A DNA stretch of 64,000 bases from an uncultured Verrucomicrobiota bacterium. GTDB taxonomy: Bacteria; Verrucomicrobiota; Kiritimatiellia; RZYC01; CAZAYP01. The DNA is taken from positions 17,190 to 81,189 of the forward strand of contig CAZAYP010000007.1 in assembly GCA_964489425.1 (NCBI GenBank), written 5' to 3'. Positions 56,091 to 64,000 of the stretch are shown piece after piece (position 1 is the stretch's first letter; each line of letters begins with the position of its first letter). The notes under the pieces are model-generated. The model did no database searches, was not told the origin of the DNA, and worked only from the letters and a program-made list of their open reading frames with translations. The position numbers and the translations under genes were made by a program.

Positions 56091-56463
56091 AAGGGCTGCC
56101 AGCAAAGGTTCGCACCGTACCCAAAATCAGCTGCGCTCATTTTGTCCGGTGAAACCAGGCATTCACAAACACCTGATCGGAGCCACGCGCGCATTGCAGT
56201 GAGCCCTGCGGTCGTGGACGGGGTTGTTGCCATTCTTCGCCCAAACACAGAGCGTCCAACCAATGAATCGAACGCGGCGCCGGGTTAGCCGGAAACTCAA
56301 ACCCGGCGGAGTCGACGGAGCGCATCCCTCCACCCGATGAATAATCGCTCCGTCGGCGCCGTCTGGAACGAGTCGGCCAGCATGCCGACCGGCCGACGCG
56401 CGCGGTTCCCTATGGCACTGATCTGCGCCGCGCGCGTCGTGCAACACTTGCCTCCCCAGCTCC

Positions 56464-58854
56464 TTGTGGTATGCTGGCCTGATGGCAAAAGACAAAGAGA
56501 TCACGCGGGGCGGCTGGCATCACGCCACGGGGCTGATGTTGCTGGCGGTCGCGGTGCTGGCCTTTTTGAGCGTCGTATCTTACGACTGGGCTGACATCTC
56601 GCTCTTTGCCTGCCCGCCCCACCAGCCGCCGGGCAACTTCATCGGTCCGGTGGGCGCCTGGTTCTCGTGCATCATGTTCATGACGTTCGGCGTGGTGGGC
56701 TACCTGGTGCCATTGGCGCTGGGCGTGCTGGGCGCCTGCATGACCCTCAAGCACACCGGCCGCACCTGGCCCAAGGTGTTCTGGCTGTTGCTGATCCTGT
56801 TCGGGCTGGTGTGCGTGGCCGAGATGACGACCCCGTGGTGGCAGGGACTGGCCGCGTTCCTGAACATCGGCAACGTGGGCGGCATCCTCGGCGCCCTGGT
56901 GGTGCAACTGCTGCTGATCCATTTCCTGGGCAGCGTGGGCACCGGGATCCTCGCCGCCCTGTTTATTGTCGGCGGGCTGGCCCTGCTGGTGGAGATGCAC
57001 CCGCTGCGCATGTTCAAGAAGATGTTCGAGCTGCCGCTGGGCTACCTGCGCCAGCGCCGCGCCGAACGGCAGCAGGCCCACGACCGCCAGGCGGAGATCG
57101 AGCACGAGGAGCGGGACCTCGAGCGCCGCCGGCGCGAGTTGGAAAAAGCCATCGCCGCCCAGGAAGAGGCCCGCGCTCGCGCCGCCGCCAAGCCCGCGCC
57201 GCCGCCGCCACCCCCGCCGGAACCGCCGCCGCCCACGCGCCTGGAAAAGAAGCTGGCGGAAGGCGAAAAGAAAAAGCCCAAGCCCGCGCCGCCGCCGCCA
57301 CCCGAGCCGCCGCCCCCCATTCCCGGCGCGCTGGCCTGGAAGCTGCCGCCGATCAGCCTCCTGGGCGAGTTGCCGCCGGAGAACATGCGGCAGATCCAGT
57401 CGGACTTCACCGCCGGCACCAAGATCCTCGAGGAAACCCTGGCGGAATTCGGGATCGACGCCAAGGTCACCAACGTGGAGACCGGGCCGGTCGTGACCAG
57501 CTACGAGGTGTTGCCCGCGCCCGGCATCCGCGTCGAACGGATCGCGGCGCTCAGCAACAACCTGGCCCTGACGATGAAGGCGGTCAGCGTGCGCGTGCAG
57601 GCGCCGATCCCCGGCAAGGGCGTGGTGGGGATCGAGGTGCCCAACGTCAAGTCCACCACCGTGTACCTGCGCGAGATCCTCGAGAGCGAGGCCTGGCAGC
57701 ACGGCAAGGCGGCCCTGCCCATGGCCCTGGGCAAGGACGTGGGCGGCCGCGAGATCGTGACCGACCTGGCCAAGATGCCGCACCTGCTGATCGCCGGTGC
57801 CACCGGGTCGGGCAAGTCGGTGTGCATGAACTCGCTGCTGGCCGGCATGCTCATGATGCGCACGCCCGACCAGTTGCGCCTGATGCTGGTGGACCCCAAG
57901 ATGGTCGAGTTCTCGTTCTTCAACAACCTGCCGCACCTGGTGGTGCCGGTGATCACCGACGCCAAGAAAGTGGGCCTGGGCCTGCGCTGGGCGATCAACG
58001 AGATGGAGAAGCGCTACAAGCTGTTCGCGCGCGTGGGCGTCCGCAACATCCAGTCGTACAACGAGCGGCCGCTGGTCAAGCAGGCCGAGCTCGCGCTGGG
58101 CCCGGACGTGCCGCCGCCCGCCGCCGACGACCCGCCGGCGCGCCTGCCGTACCTGGTGATCGTGATCGACGAGCTGGCCGACCTGATGATGGTGGAGCAG
58201 GCGGAGATCGAGAGCTGCATCGCGCGCCTGGCGCAGCTCTCGCGCGCGGTGGGCATCCACATGATCATCGCCACCCAGCGGCCCTCGGTCAACGTCATCA
58301 CCGGCACCATCAAGGCCAATTTCCCCTGCCGCATTTCGTTCCAGGTGGCGCAGAAGGTGGACAGCCGGACCATCCTCGACACCATCGGCGCCGACAAGCT
58401 GCTCGGCAAGGGCGACATGCTGTTCATGCCGCCCGGCGTCGGCAAGCTGGCGCGCGCCCAGGGCACCATGACCACCGACCAGGAGATCCGCGACATCGCC
58501 GAGTTCTGGAAAGCCCAGGGTACGCCGCAGTACGAGGTGGCCATCAAGGAGAAGATCGAAACCAAGGCGTCCGAGGCGTCCGAGGGCGAGGAAGAGGACG
58601 AGGAGCTGATCGCCCAGGCCGTGGAAGTCATCCGCCAGACCCGCCGCGCCTCCACGTCCTCGATCCAGCGCCGCCTGCGCATCGGGTACAACCGCGCCGC
58701 GCGCCTGATGGACGTGCTCGAGGAGCGCGGCGTGGTCGGCCCGCCCAAGGGCGCGGACCCGCGCGACATCCTGATCGATTTGGATGGCGAGATCCCTGCC
58801 AACAGCGCGGACGATGCGCCACCGGAGCCGCCGCCAGAGCCGGAGGCTAAATGA
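56464..58854 (+). CDS. ftsK: DNA translocase FtsK/SpoIIIE
   Basis: N-terminal 4-5 TM helices and a Pro-rich linker. Motor domain 'LLIAGATGSGKSVCMNSLL' (Walker A) and '…VIVIDELADLMM' (Walker B). C-terminal gamma winged-helix 'RRASTSSIQRRLRIGYNRAARLMD'. Confidence 0.85.
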   Translation: MWYAGLMAKDKEITRGGWHHATGLMLLAVAVLAFLSVVSYDWADISLFACPPHQPPGNFIGPVGAWFSCIMFMTFGVVGYLVPLALGVLGACMTLKHTGRTWPKVFWLLLILFGLVCVAEMTTPWWQGLAAFLNIGNVGGILGALVVQLLLIHFLGSVGTGILAALFIVGGLALLVEMHPLRMFKKMFELPLGYLRQRRAERQQAHDRQAEIEHEERDLERRRRELEKAIAAQEEARARAAAKPAPPPPPPPEPPPPTRLEKKLAEGEKKKPKPAPPPPPEPPPPIPGALAWKLPPISLLGELPPENMRQIQSDFTAGTKILEETLAEFGIDAKVTNVETGPVVTSYEVLPAPGIRVERIAALSNNLALTMKAVSVRVQAPIPGKGVVGIEVPNVKSTTVYLREILESEAWQHGKAALPMALGKDVGGREIVTDLAKMPHLLIAGATGSGKSVCMNSLLAGMLMMRTPDQLRLMLVDPKMVEFSFFNNLPHLVVPVITDAKKVGLGLRWAINEMEKRYKLFARVGVRNIQSYNERPLVKQAELALGPDVPPPAADDPPARLPYLVIVIDELADLMMVEQAEIESCIARLAQLSRAVGIHMIIATQRPSVNVITGTIKANFPCRISFQVAQKVDSRTILDTIGADKLLGKGDMLFMPPGVGKLARAQGTMTTDQEIRDIAEFWKAQGTPQYEVAIKEKIETKASEASEGEEEDEELIAQAVEVIRQTRRASTSSIQRRLRIGYNRAARLMDVLEERGVVGPPKGADPRDILIDLDGEIPANSADDAPPEPPPEPEAK

Positions 58855-59396
58855 AGGCCATCGGCCGGCAGTTGTGTGCCGCGCGCGAGGCGCGCGGGGA
58901 GACGTTGTCGCACGCGGCCGCGGAAACGCGCATCAAGATCCAGATCCTCGAGCAGATGGAGGCCGGCGACTTTTCCCAGATCGCGGCGCCCATGTACGCC
59001 AAGGGGTTCATCCGCCTCTATGCCGGGTACCTGGGCCTGGATCCGGATCCCCTGCTCCAGGACTATTTGCAGGCGCTGGCGCGCGGCCCCGCCCCGGACG
59101 AAGCCGCCGAAGCAACGGCGGCGGAGGGATCCCTGCCGGCGCGGCTGGAGCAAGCGGTCCGGCGCTACCTGGAGCGCGTGGCGCGCGACCGGGTGCTGCG
59201 CGTGGCCTGGGTGGGCGCCCTGGCCCTGGTGCTGCTGGCCGTGCTGCTCGGGTTGGGGCATGTCACCCGCAGGTTCCCGGCGGGCGGCGCGGCCGCGGCT
59301 GAATCGGGCCGGCGCCAGGAGGCCCTGCCCGGAGGGATCCTGCAGGAGCCGCCGGAACCCTATTTTGAACACGCATCCCCACGGGAGAACTCATGA
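58851..59396 (+). CDS. HTH domain protein, RodZ-like N-terminus
   Basis: 'LCAAREARGETLSHAAAETRIKIQILEQME' is an XRE-type HTH. A TM segment follows. Translationally coupled to ftsK (ATGA overlap). Confidence 0.45.
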   Translation: MKAIGRQLCAAREARGETLSHAAAETRIKIQILEQMEAGDFSQIAAPMYAKGFIRLYAGYLGLDPDPLLQDYLQALARGPAPDEAAEATAAEGSLPARLEQAVRRYLERVARDRVLRVAWVGALALVLLAVLLGLGHVTRRFPAGGAAAAESGRRQEALPGGILQEPPEPYFEHASPRENS

Positions 59397-59980
59397 ATCC
59401 ACCCAATTGGCTGACCATGGGCCGCGTCGTCCTGGCCGGGGTGTTGATGGCGCTGCTGTCCATTAACGTCCCGTTCGCCAAGAGCGCGGCGCTAATCGTT
59501 TTTCTTGTTGCCGGCTTCACCGACTACCTTGACGGGCACCTGGCGCGCAAGGTGTACGGGGTGACGTCGTTTGGCGCGCTGATGGACCCGGTGGCGGACA
59601 AGATCCTGGTCTGCGTGGCGCTGGTGAGCTTCGTGGATCTGCACGTGCTGCCGGCCTGGATGGTGGTGGTCATCATTGCCCGCGAGTTCCTGGTCACGGG
59701 CCTGCGCCTGCTGGCCACCCAGCGCGGCCTGGTGATCTCGGCCGGCAAGTGGGGCAAGCACAAGACCGCCTGGCAGATCATTGCCATTTCGATCCTGCTG
59801 CTGGGCCTGTCGATCCGCGCGGATATTTTGCGCCAGGCCAGCGCCCCAACCCTGGCCAATTTCGATTTCGTGTTCCAATGGTTGGCCTGGGGGCTGGGTT
59901 TGGCGGTGGTGCTGATCACCGTGGCTTCCGGCGCCATGTATTACATTGAGCACCACGAACTGGTGACGCGACGCCAATGA
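59393..59980 (+). CDS. pgsA: CDP-diacylglycerol--glycerol-3-phosphate 3-phosphatidyltransferase
   Basis: 'PNWLTMGRVVLA…GFTDYLDGHLARK…GALMDPVADKIL' is the CDP-alcohol phosphatidyltransferase motif D-G-x2-A-R-x8-G-x3-D-x3-D. Confidence 0.8.
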   Translation: MNPPNWLTMGRVVLAGVLMALLSINVPFAKSAALIVFLVAGFTDYLDGHLARKVYGVTSFGALMDPVADKILVCVALVSFVDLHVLPAWMVVVIIAREFLVTGLRLLATQRGLVISAGKWGKHKTAWQIIAISILLLGLSIRADILRQASAPTLANFDFVFQWLAWGLGLAVVLITVASGAMYYIEHHELVTRRQ

Positions 59981-60537
59981 AAGAAACCGATTGGGATATC
60001 AAGAAGCGGGCCGAAGCCTGCGACGAGTGCGGCCGCGCGTTCGCCGACCTGGAGCCCCTGAACTCCCGGCTGTACTGGGAATCCGGCGTTTACGTGCGGC
60101 GCGACCTGTGCGCCGCCTGCGCCGGCGGCGAGCAGCGGCCCGGCGTCCTGAGCGCCTGGCGCGGCGTGTTCCGCTTGCCGCCGCCGCCGCCGCCCGAGGT
60201 GGTGCAGAAGGAAACCGCCGAATCCCTGCTGCGCAAGCTCGTGGCCGACGAAAACGCCCGGCAGGTCAGCGCCATGTTCATCCTGGCCGTCATGCTGGAG
60301 CGCCGCCGCATCCTGGTGGAACGCGAAGTCCAGCAGCGCGAGGACGGGGCCAAGATCCGCATCTACGAGCATAAGAAAACCGGCGATGTCTTCATGATCG
60401 TCGATCCCCAGCTCAAGCTGGCGGACCTGGAGCGCGTCCAGGCCGAGGTGATCGCGCTGCTGGAAGGTAAACCACTGGAGGGGGCGCCGGCGGATGCGCC
60501 ACCGGCCGCGGATCCGACCCCGGGAGCCGGTGCGTAG
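59977..60537 (+). CDS. hypothetical protein with N-terminal Cys4 zinc-ribbon
   Basis: 'CDECGRAF…CAACAG' is present. Coupled to pgsA by overlap. Confidence 0.4.
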   Translation: MKETDWDIKKRAEACDECGRAFADLEPLNSRLYWESGVYVRRDLCAACAGGEQRPGVLSAWRGVFRLPPPPPPEVVQKETAESLLRKLVADENARQVSAMFILAVMLERRRILVEREVQQREDGAKIRIYEHKKTGDVFMIVDPQLKLADLERVQAEVIALLEGKPLEGAPADAPPAADPTPGAGA

Positions 60538-60565
60538 CGCAGGCGTCCCGCCTGCGGGATTTCCC

Positions 60566-62128
60566 ATGCTGGATCTAAAAATATCCAGCGGCACGATCCT
60601 CGACGGCACGGGCTGCCCGGCCCGGCCCGGCGACGTGGGCGTGCAGGGAGATCGGATCGTGGCCGTCGGCGATCTCCGCGGGGTTCCGGCCCGCGAGGAG
60701 ATCAACGCCGCCGGGCACCTGGTCTGCCCGGGCTTCATCGATGTCCACTCCCATTCCGACGCTTACCTGTTGATTGAGCCTGCCGCGCCCAGCAAGGTGT
60801 TCCAGGGCGTTACCACCGAGATTGTCGGCCAGTGCGGCGCCTCGGCGGCCCCGCGCCAGGGCGAATACCGCATGCCGTCCGACTGGCGCGGGTTCGACTA
60901 TCCCGGTTCCTGGAGCACCGTGGCCGAGTACCGCGCGCTGCTCGAATCCGTGGGCCCGGCGCCCAACGTGGTGCTGCTGGTCGGCCACAGCGCGCTGCGC
61001 GCCAGCGTCATGGGCTATGCCCAGCGGCCGGCCACGCCCACGGAACTCGCGGCCATGGAGGTACTGCTGGAGCAGAGCCTGGCGCAGGGCGGCCGCGGGT
61101 TCAGCACCGGCCTGATCTACCCGCCCGGCAAGTTCGCCGCGCGGGACGAGATCGTGGCCCTGGCCCGCATCGCCGCCCGGCACGGCGGCGTCTATGCCAG
61201 CCACATGCGCAGCGAAGGGTCCGGCCTGCTGGCGGCCATTGACGAGGCCCTGGACATCGGCCGCCAGGCCGGGACCCGCGTGCAGATCTCGCACCTCAAG
61301 GTCGCCGGCCGCGAAAACTGGCCGCTGCGTGACCCGGCGCTCGAAAGAATCGCCGCGGCCCGTGCGGCCGGGCAACCCGTGATGGCCGACCGCTACCCGT
61401 ACACGGCCTCATGTACGGAGCTGGATATCCTCTTGCCCGACTGGGCGGCGGAAGGCGGCATGGCGGCCACGTTGGAGCGCTTGGCCGACCCCGGCACGCG
61501 GGCGCGGCTCCACGACGAGCTGGCACACAGCCGGAACCCGGACTACTGGGCCACGGTCATGATCGGGTCCACGGAGCATCCCGACAACCTGCCCTACAAG
61601 GGCCAGTACCTGCCCGCGGTGGCCCAGGCGTTGGGGCTTGACCCGGCGGCGGCGGTCCTGGAACTGCTGGCGCGCGACCAGCTCAAAACCACCGGCGTGT
61701 TTTTCGGCATGCACGAAGAGAACATGTGGACCATCCTCCGGCAGCCGTATGTGATGATCGGCTCGGACGGATCCCTGCGCGCGCCCACGGGCCCGCTGAG
61801 CCATGACCATCCGCACCCGCGCAATTACGGCACGTTCCCGCGCTTCCTCCGCGCTGCCCTGGACGGCCACACCGTGCCGCTGGCCGAGGCGGTGCACAAG
61901 TGCACCTTGATGGCCGCGCGGCAGTTCAACCTCGCCGGCCGCGGCGAGATCCGCGAAAAGTGTTTTGCGGACCTGGTGGTGCTGGACCCGCACCGCGTGC
62001 GTGACCTGGCCACGTATACGCGGCCGCACCAGCTTGCGGAAGGCGTCACCGCCCTGGTGGTCAACGGCGTGTTGACCATGGCGGGCGGCCGCCTCACGGG
62101 CCGGCGCGGCGGCCGGGTGCTTGCCTGA
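60566..62128 (+). CDS. N-acyl-D-amino-acid deacylase (D-aminoacylase) family amidohydrolase
   Basis: 'ISSGTILDGTG…DVGVQGDRIVAVG…GHLVCPGFIDVHSHSD' is an amidohydrolase metal-binding HxH. ATG at 60566 is inside the longer 60494 ORF. Confidence 0.75.
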   Translation: MLDLKISSGTILDGTGCPARPGDVGVQGDRIVAVGDLRGVPAREEINAAGHLVCPGFIDVHSHSDAYLLIEPAAPSKVFQGVTTEIVGQCGASAAPRQGEYRMPSDWRGFDYPGSWSTVAEYRALLESVGPAPNVVLLVGHSALRASVMGYAQRPATPTELAAMEVLLEQSLAQGGRGFSTGLIYPPGKFAARDEIVALARIAARHGGVYASHMRSEGSGLLAAIDEALDIGRQAGTRVQISHLKVAGRENWPLRDPALERIAAARAAGQPVMADRYPYTASCTELDILLPDWAAEGGMAATLERLADPGTRARLHDELAHSRNPDYWATVMIGSTEHPDNLPYKGQYLPAVAQALGLDPAAAVLELLARDQLKTTGVFFGMHEENMWTILRQPYVMIGSDGSLRAPTGPLSHDHPHPRNYGTFPRFLRAALDGHTVPLAEAVHKCTLMAARQFNLAGRGEIREKCFADLVVLDPHRVRDLATYTRPHQLAEGVTALVVNGVLTMAGGRLTGRRGGRVLA

Positions 62129-62143
62129 TCCGCGGTCTGAAGT

Positions 62144-62479
62144 TTACGCCGGCGCGCGCTCGCGGCCCTTGCCGCTGCGCGCCAAACGCTCGAACGTGTC
62201 GGTCAGCTTGTGCCGGATCTTCATCATGATTTCGTAAGCCTGGTCGGCTTGCTGCATCTGCGTCGCCATGTCCTGGGGCGCCGCCGCCGGCTGATCAAGG
62301 CTGGTGAGGGTCTGGCTGGCGTTGAGCTGCATGGCCTGGACGTCGTTCACCATCTGCTGCAGCACATCGTTGAATACAAGGCCCTGCTCGTCGGGGACGC
62401 GGGTGGACAGGGGAGATTGCCCCGGGGCCACTCCGGCCGCGGCGACTTGGCTGATGGCTTGTTGTTCAGCAATATTCAT
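62144..62479 (-). CDS. fliE: flagellar hook-basal body protein FliE-like (orphan)
   Basis: 111 aa. C-terminal 'MATQMQQADQAYEIMMKIRHKLTDTFERL' parallels FliE '[29 protein letters not shown]'. No neighbouring flagellar genes. Confidence 0.45.
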   Translation of the reverse strand: MNIAEQQAISQVAAAGVAPGQSPLSTRVPDEQGLVFNDVLQQMVNDVQAMQLNASQTLTSLDQPAAAPQDMATQMQQADQAYEIMMKIRHKLTDTFERLARSGKGRERAPA

Positions 62480-62684
62480 GAGGCATCCTCAACGGTTCCC
62501 GGCACGTGGAGCAAGGCAGGTTTTTCCGGCAGGATATCCGGTGGCTGCATTTGCTGCCGCAGGTGCCGCTGATCTTGGGCTGGTTTTTCCCTTTTTTCAT
62601 ACTTGCGTCTTAAAGAGCAAAAACCATGCCAAGCAAATTGATGGATGAAATGCGTCGACAGATTTCAGAATCATTCTACCACGA

Positions 62685-62870
62685 AGGTCACGAAGACCAC
62701 GAAGAAGACCGGGATCCGCACCGGAATCCTTATATCTTCAAACCGGCTCTGTTTCTTGCATCTCCGGTGCATGCTGGCATGCTTTCTGCCTCGGTGATCT
62801 TCGTGGCCTTCGTGGTGTTACATCCGCTCCGAGAATCATGGAACCAACCTGTGGTGTGGGCCCAAACTGT
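62685..62870. repeat. ~190-bp intergenic repeat element, copy 2 (same orientation as 18741..18940)
   Basis: Arms 'accacgaaggtcacgaagaccacgaag' … 'gatcttcgtggccttcgtggtg'. One G/A substitution lies in the 3' arm. Located between fliE-like and uvrA. Confidence 0.8.
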
Positions 62871-62982
62871 TAGCAACCCAGAACCATGGTGCGATGCCGC
62901 GAATTGAAATCCAAAGCGAAGTGTTACATAACAAACTCATTATAAGATGGATATGTGGGGGACGGCATTTCTTTGGATGCGC

Positions 62983-63022
62983 GAAAAAACTTATCAACAG
63001 CCTGCCGTCCTGGCTGTTGATA
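62983..63022 (-). terminator. rho-independent terminator of uvrA (minus strand)
   Basis: Perfect 12-bp stem 'ttatcaacagcc'/'ggctgttgataa' with an 8-nt loop. On the minus strand it is followed by 'GTTTTTT'. Confidence 0.6.
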
Positions 63023-63082
63023 AACCTTCCGGGTATAGGCCCCGGAGATTGATTCTCTGAGCAGGAATCGGGGGCTCTGGAT

Positions 63083-64000
63083 TCAGCCTTGCCCAGCCAG
63101 CAGTTTCTGCAAAAACTGCCCGGTATAGGAAGCCGCGCATTGCGCCACGTCTTCGGGTGTGCCGACCGCCACGACCTGGCCGCCCGCGTCCCCGCCCTCA
63201 GGCCCGAGATCGATCAGGTAGTCAGCCACCTTGATGATGTCCGGGTTGTGCTCGATGACCACCAGGGTGTTGCCGGCGTCCCGCAGCGACTGCAGCACTT
63301 CGATCAGCTTGTGGACGTCGGCGAAATGCAGGCCGGTGGTCGGCTCGTCCAGCAGGTACAGGGTTTTGCCGGTATCCCTGCGGCTCAGTTCCGCGGAGAG
63401 CTTGACGCGCTGGGCCTCGCCGCCGGACAGCGTGGTGGCCGACTGGCCAAGTTGCAGGTAGCCCAGCCCCACGCTGGATAGCGTCTTGAGCTTGCGCTGG
63501 ATCGACGGCATCGGGGCAAAGAATTCCAGGGCCTCGTCGATCGTCATTTCCAGCACCTCGGCGATGTTCTTGCCGCGGTAGCGCACTTCCTGGGTTTCCT
63601 TGTTGTAACGTTTGCCGCGGCATTGCTCGCACGTCACGTACACGTCGGGGAGGAAATGCATCTCGATGCGCAGGATGCCGTCGCCTTTGCAGGTCTCGCA
63701 GCGGCCGCCCTTGACGTTGAAGCTGAACCGGCCGGGCCCGTAGCCGCGCACCTTGGAGGCCGGCAGCCCGGCGAACAGGTCGCGGACCAGGTTGAACGCG
63801 CCGGTATAAGTGGCCGGATTGCTGCGCGGCGTGCGGCCGATGGGCGACTGGTCGATCACGATCACCTTGTCCAGCAGGTCCATGCCGCGGATGGCGCGGT
63901 GGGCGCCGGGCTTCTCGCGGCTGTCAAAAAAATGGCGGAACAGGGCGCGCCGCAGGATCTCGTCCACCAGCGTGCTTTTGCCGCTGCCGGATACGCCGGT
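63083..64000 (-). CDS. uvrA: excinuclease ABC subunit A, C-terminal portion (continues beyond window)
   Basis: Zinc finger '[36 protein letters not shown]', ABC signature '[15 protein letters not shown]' and Walker B '[12 protein letters not shown]' are present. Confidence 0.85.
   Translation of the reverse strand, partial: TGVSGSGKSTLVDEILRRALFRHFFDSREKPGAHRAIRGMDLLDKVIVIDQSPIGRTPRSNPATYTGAFNLVRDLFAGLPASKVRGYGPGRFSFNVKGGRCETCKGDGILRIEMHFLPDVYVTCEQCRGKRYNKETQEVRYRGKNIAEVLEMTIDEALEFFAPMPSIQRKLKTLSSVGLGYLQLGQSATTLSGGEAQRVKLSAELSRRDTGKTLYLLDEPTTGLHFADVHKLIEVLQSLRDAGNTLVVIEHNPDIIKVADYLIDLGPEGGDAGGQVVAVGTPEDVAQCAASYTGQFLQKLLAGQG

Noticed and set aside
56410-58260. 616-aa minus-strand ORF antisense to ftsK
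   Set aside because: The FtsK Walker A/B motifs and gamma domain on the plus strand are unambiguous.
1-64000. Search for CRISPR arrays, rRNA and tRNA genes
   Set aside because: No regularly spaced direct repeats with unique spacers, no rRNA-like conserved segments, and no cloverleaf-compatible intergenic sequences were seen. Intergenic regions are short except 18.6-19.3 kb, 21.6-22.1 kb and 62.5-63.1 kb, which were inspected.

Overview
GC-rich (~65%) chromosomal segment from a Gram-negative bacterium. Outer-membrane beta-barrel, chemotaxis/flagellar and LPS-type glycan genes are present; the taxon cannot be assigned by eye. Because of the high GC content most genes carry long antisense 'shadow' ORFs; these were rejected where the other strand has recognisable family motifs.

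Layout:
- 1-23 kb: one long plus-strand surface-glycan (nonulosonic-acid-type) biosynthesis and tailoring cluster. It holds an epimerase/dehydratase C-terminus, GNAT, NeuB-like synthase, formyltransferase-like, polysaccharide deacetylase, TylF-like and two FkbM methyltransferases, two AsnB-like amidotransferases, a WbpG-like N-acetyl-sugar amidotransferase, a myo-inositol-1-phosphate-synthase-like enzyme, a DegT aminotransferase, a Cys4 sugar methyltransferase, a large capsule-type transferase, a second TylF-like gene and a GT2.
- Interruptions in this cluster: a low-GC HEPN/MNT toxin-antitoxin pair; a 591-bp perfect direct duplication bracketing a ~1.5 kb cassette (solo nucleotidyltransferase plus a ~190-bp inverted-repeat element that recurs at 62.7 kb); and several long G/C homopolymer tracts, including G13.
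- 23-29.8 kb: a 1310-aa secreted beta-helix/PKD/TSP3 protein, followed by an MBOAT O-acyltransferase and its partner.
- 29.8-38 kb, minus strand: hybrid PAS histidine kinase, a 4Fe-4S membrane protein, a GH172 (DUF2961) lipoprotein and a flippase, followed by TrpB2 on the plus strand.
- 38.2-42.5 kb: an RsbW-like kinase/STAS fusion, then CheA with two HPt domains, then CheR.
- 42.5-51 kb: an outer-membrane protein, three small hypotheticals, a metallophosphoesterase, HisF and a tandem pair of SPFH proteins with N-terminal repeat arrays.
- 51-64 kb: a REC-histidine-kinase hybrid, a nucleotidyltransferase-LbH-APH kinase fusion, and a low-GC islet carrying a nitroreductase, an amgK-like gene remnant and Phd/VapC. 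These are followed by FtsK, a RodZ-like protein, PgsA, a D-aminoacylase, an orphan FliE-like gene, the second copy of the repeat element and the uvrA 3' end.

No rRNA, tRNA or CRISPR array was recognised. The candidates I rate highest for a second look are the duplication-bracketed cassette with the recurring repeat element, and the homopolymer-rich, triple-amidotransferase glycan locus.
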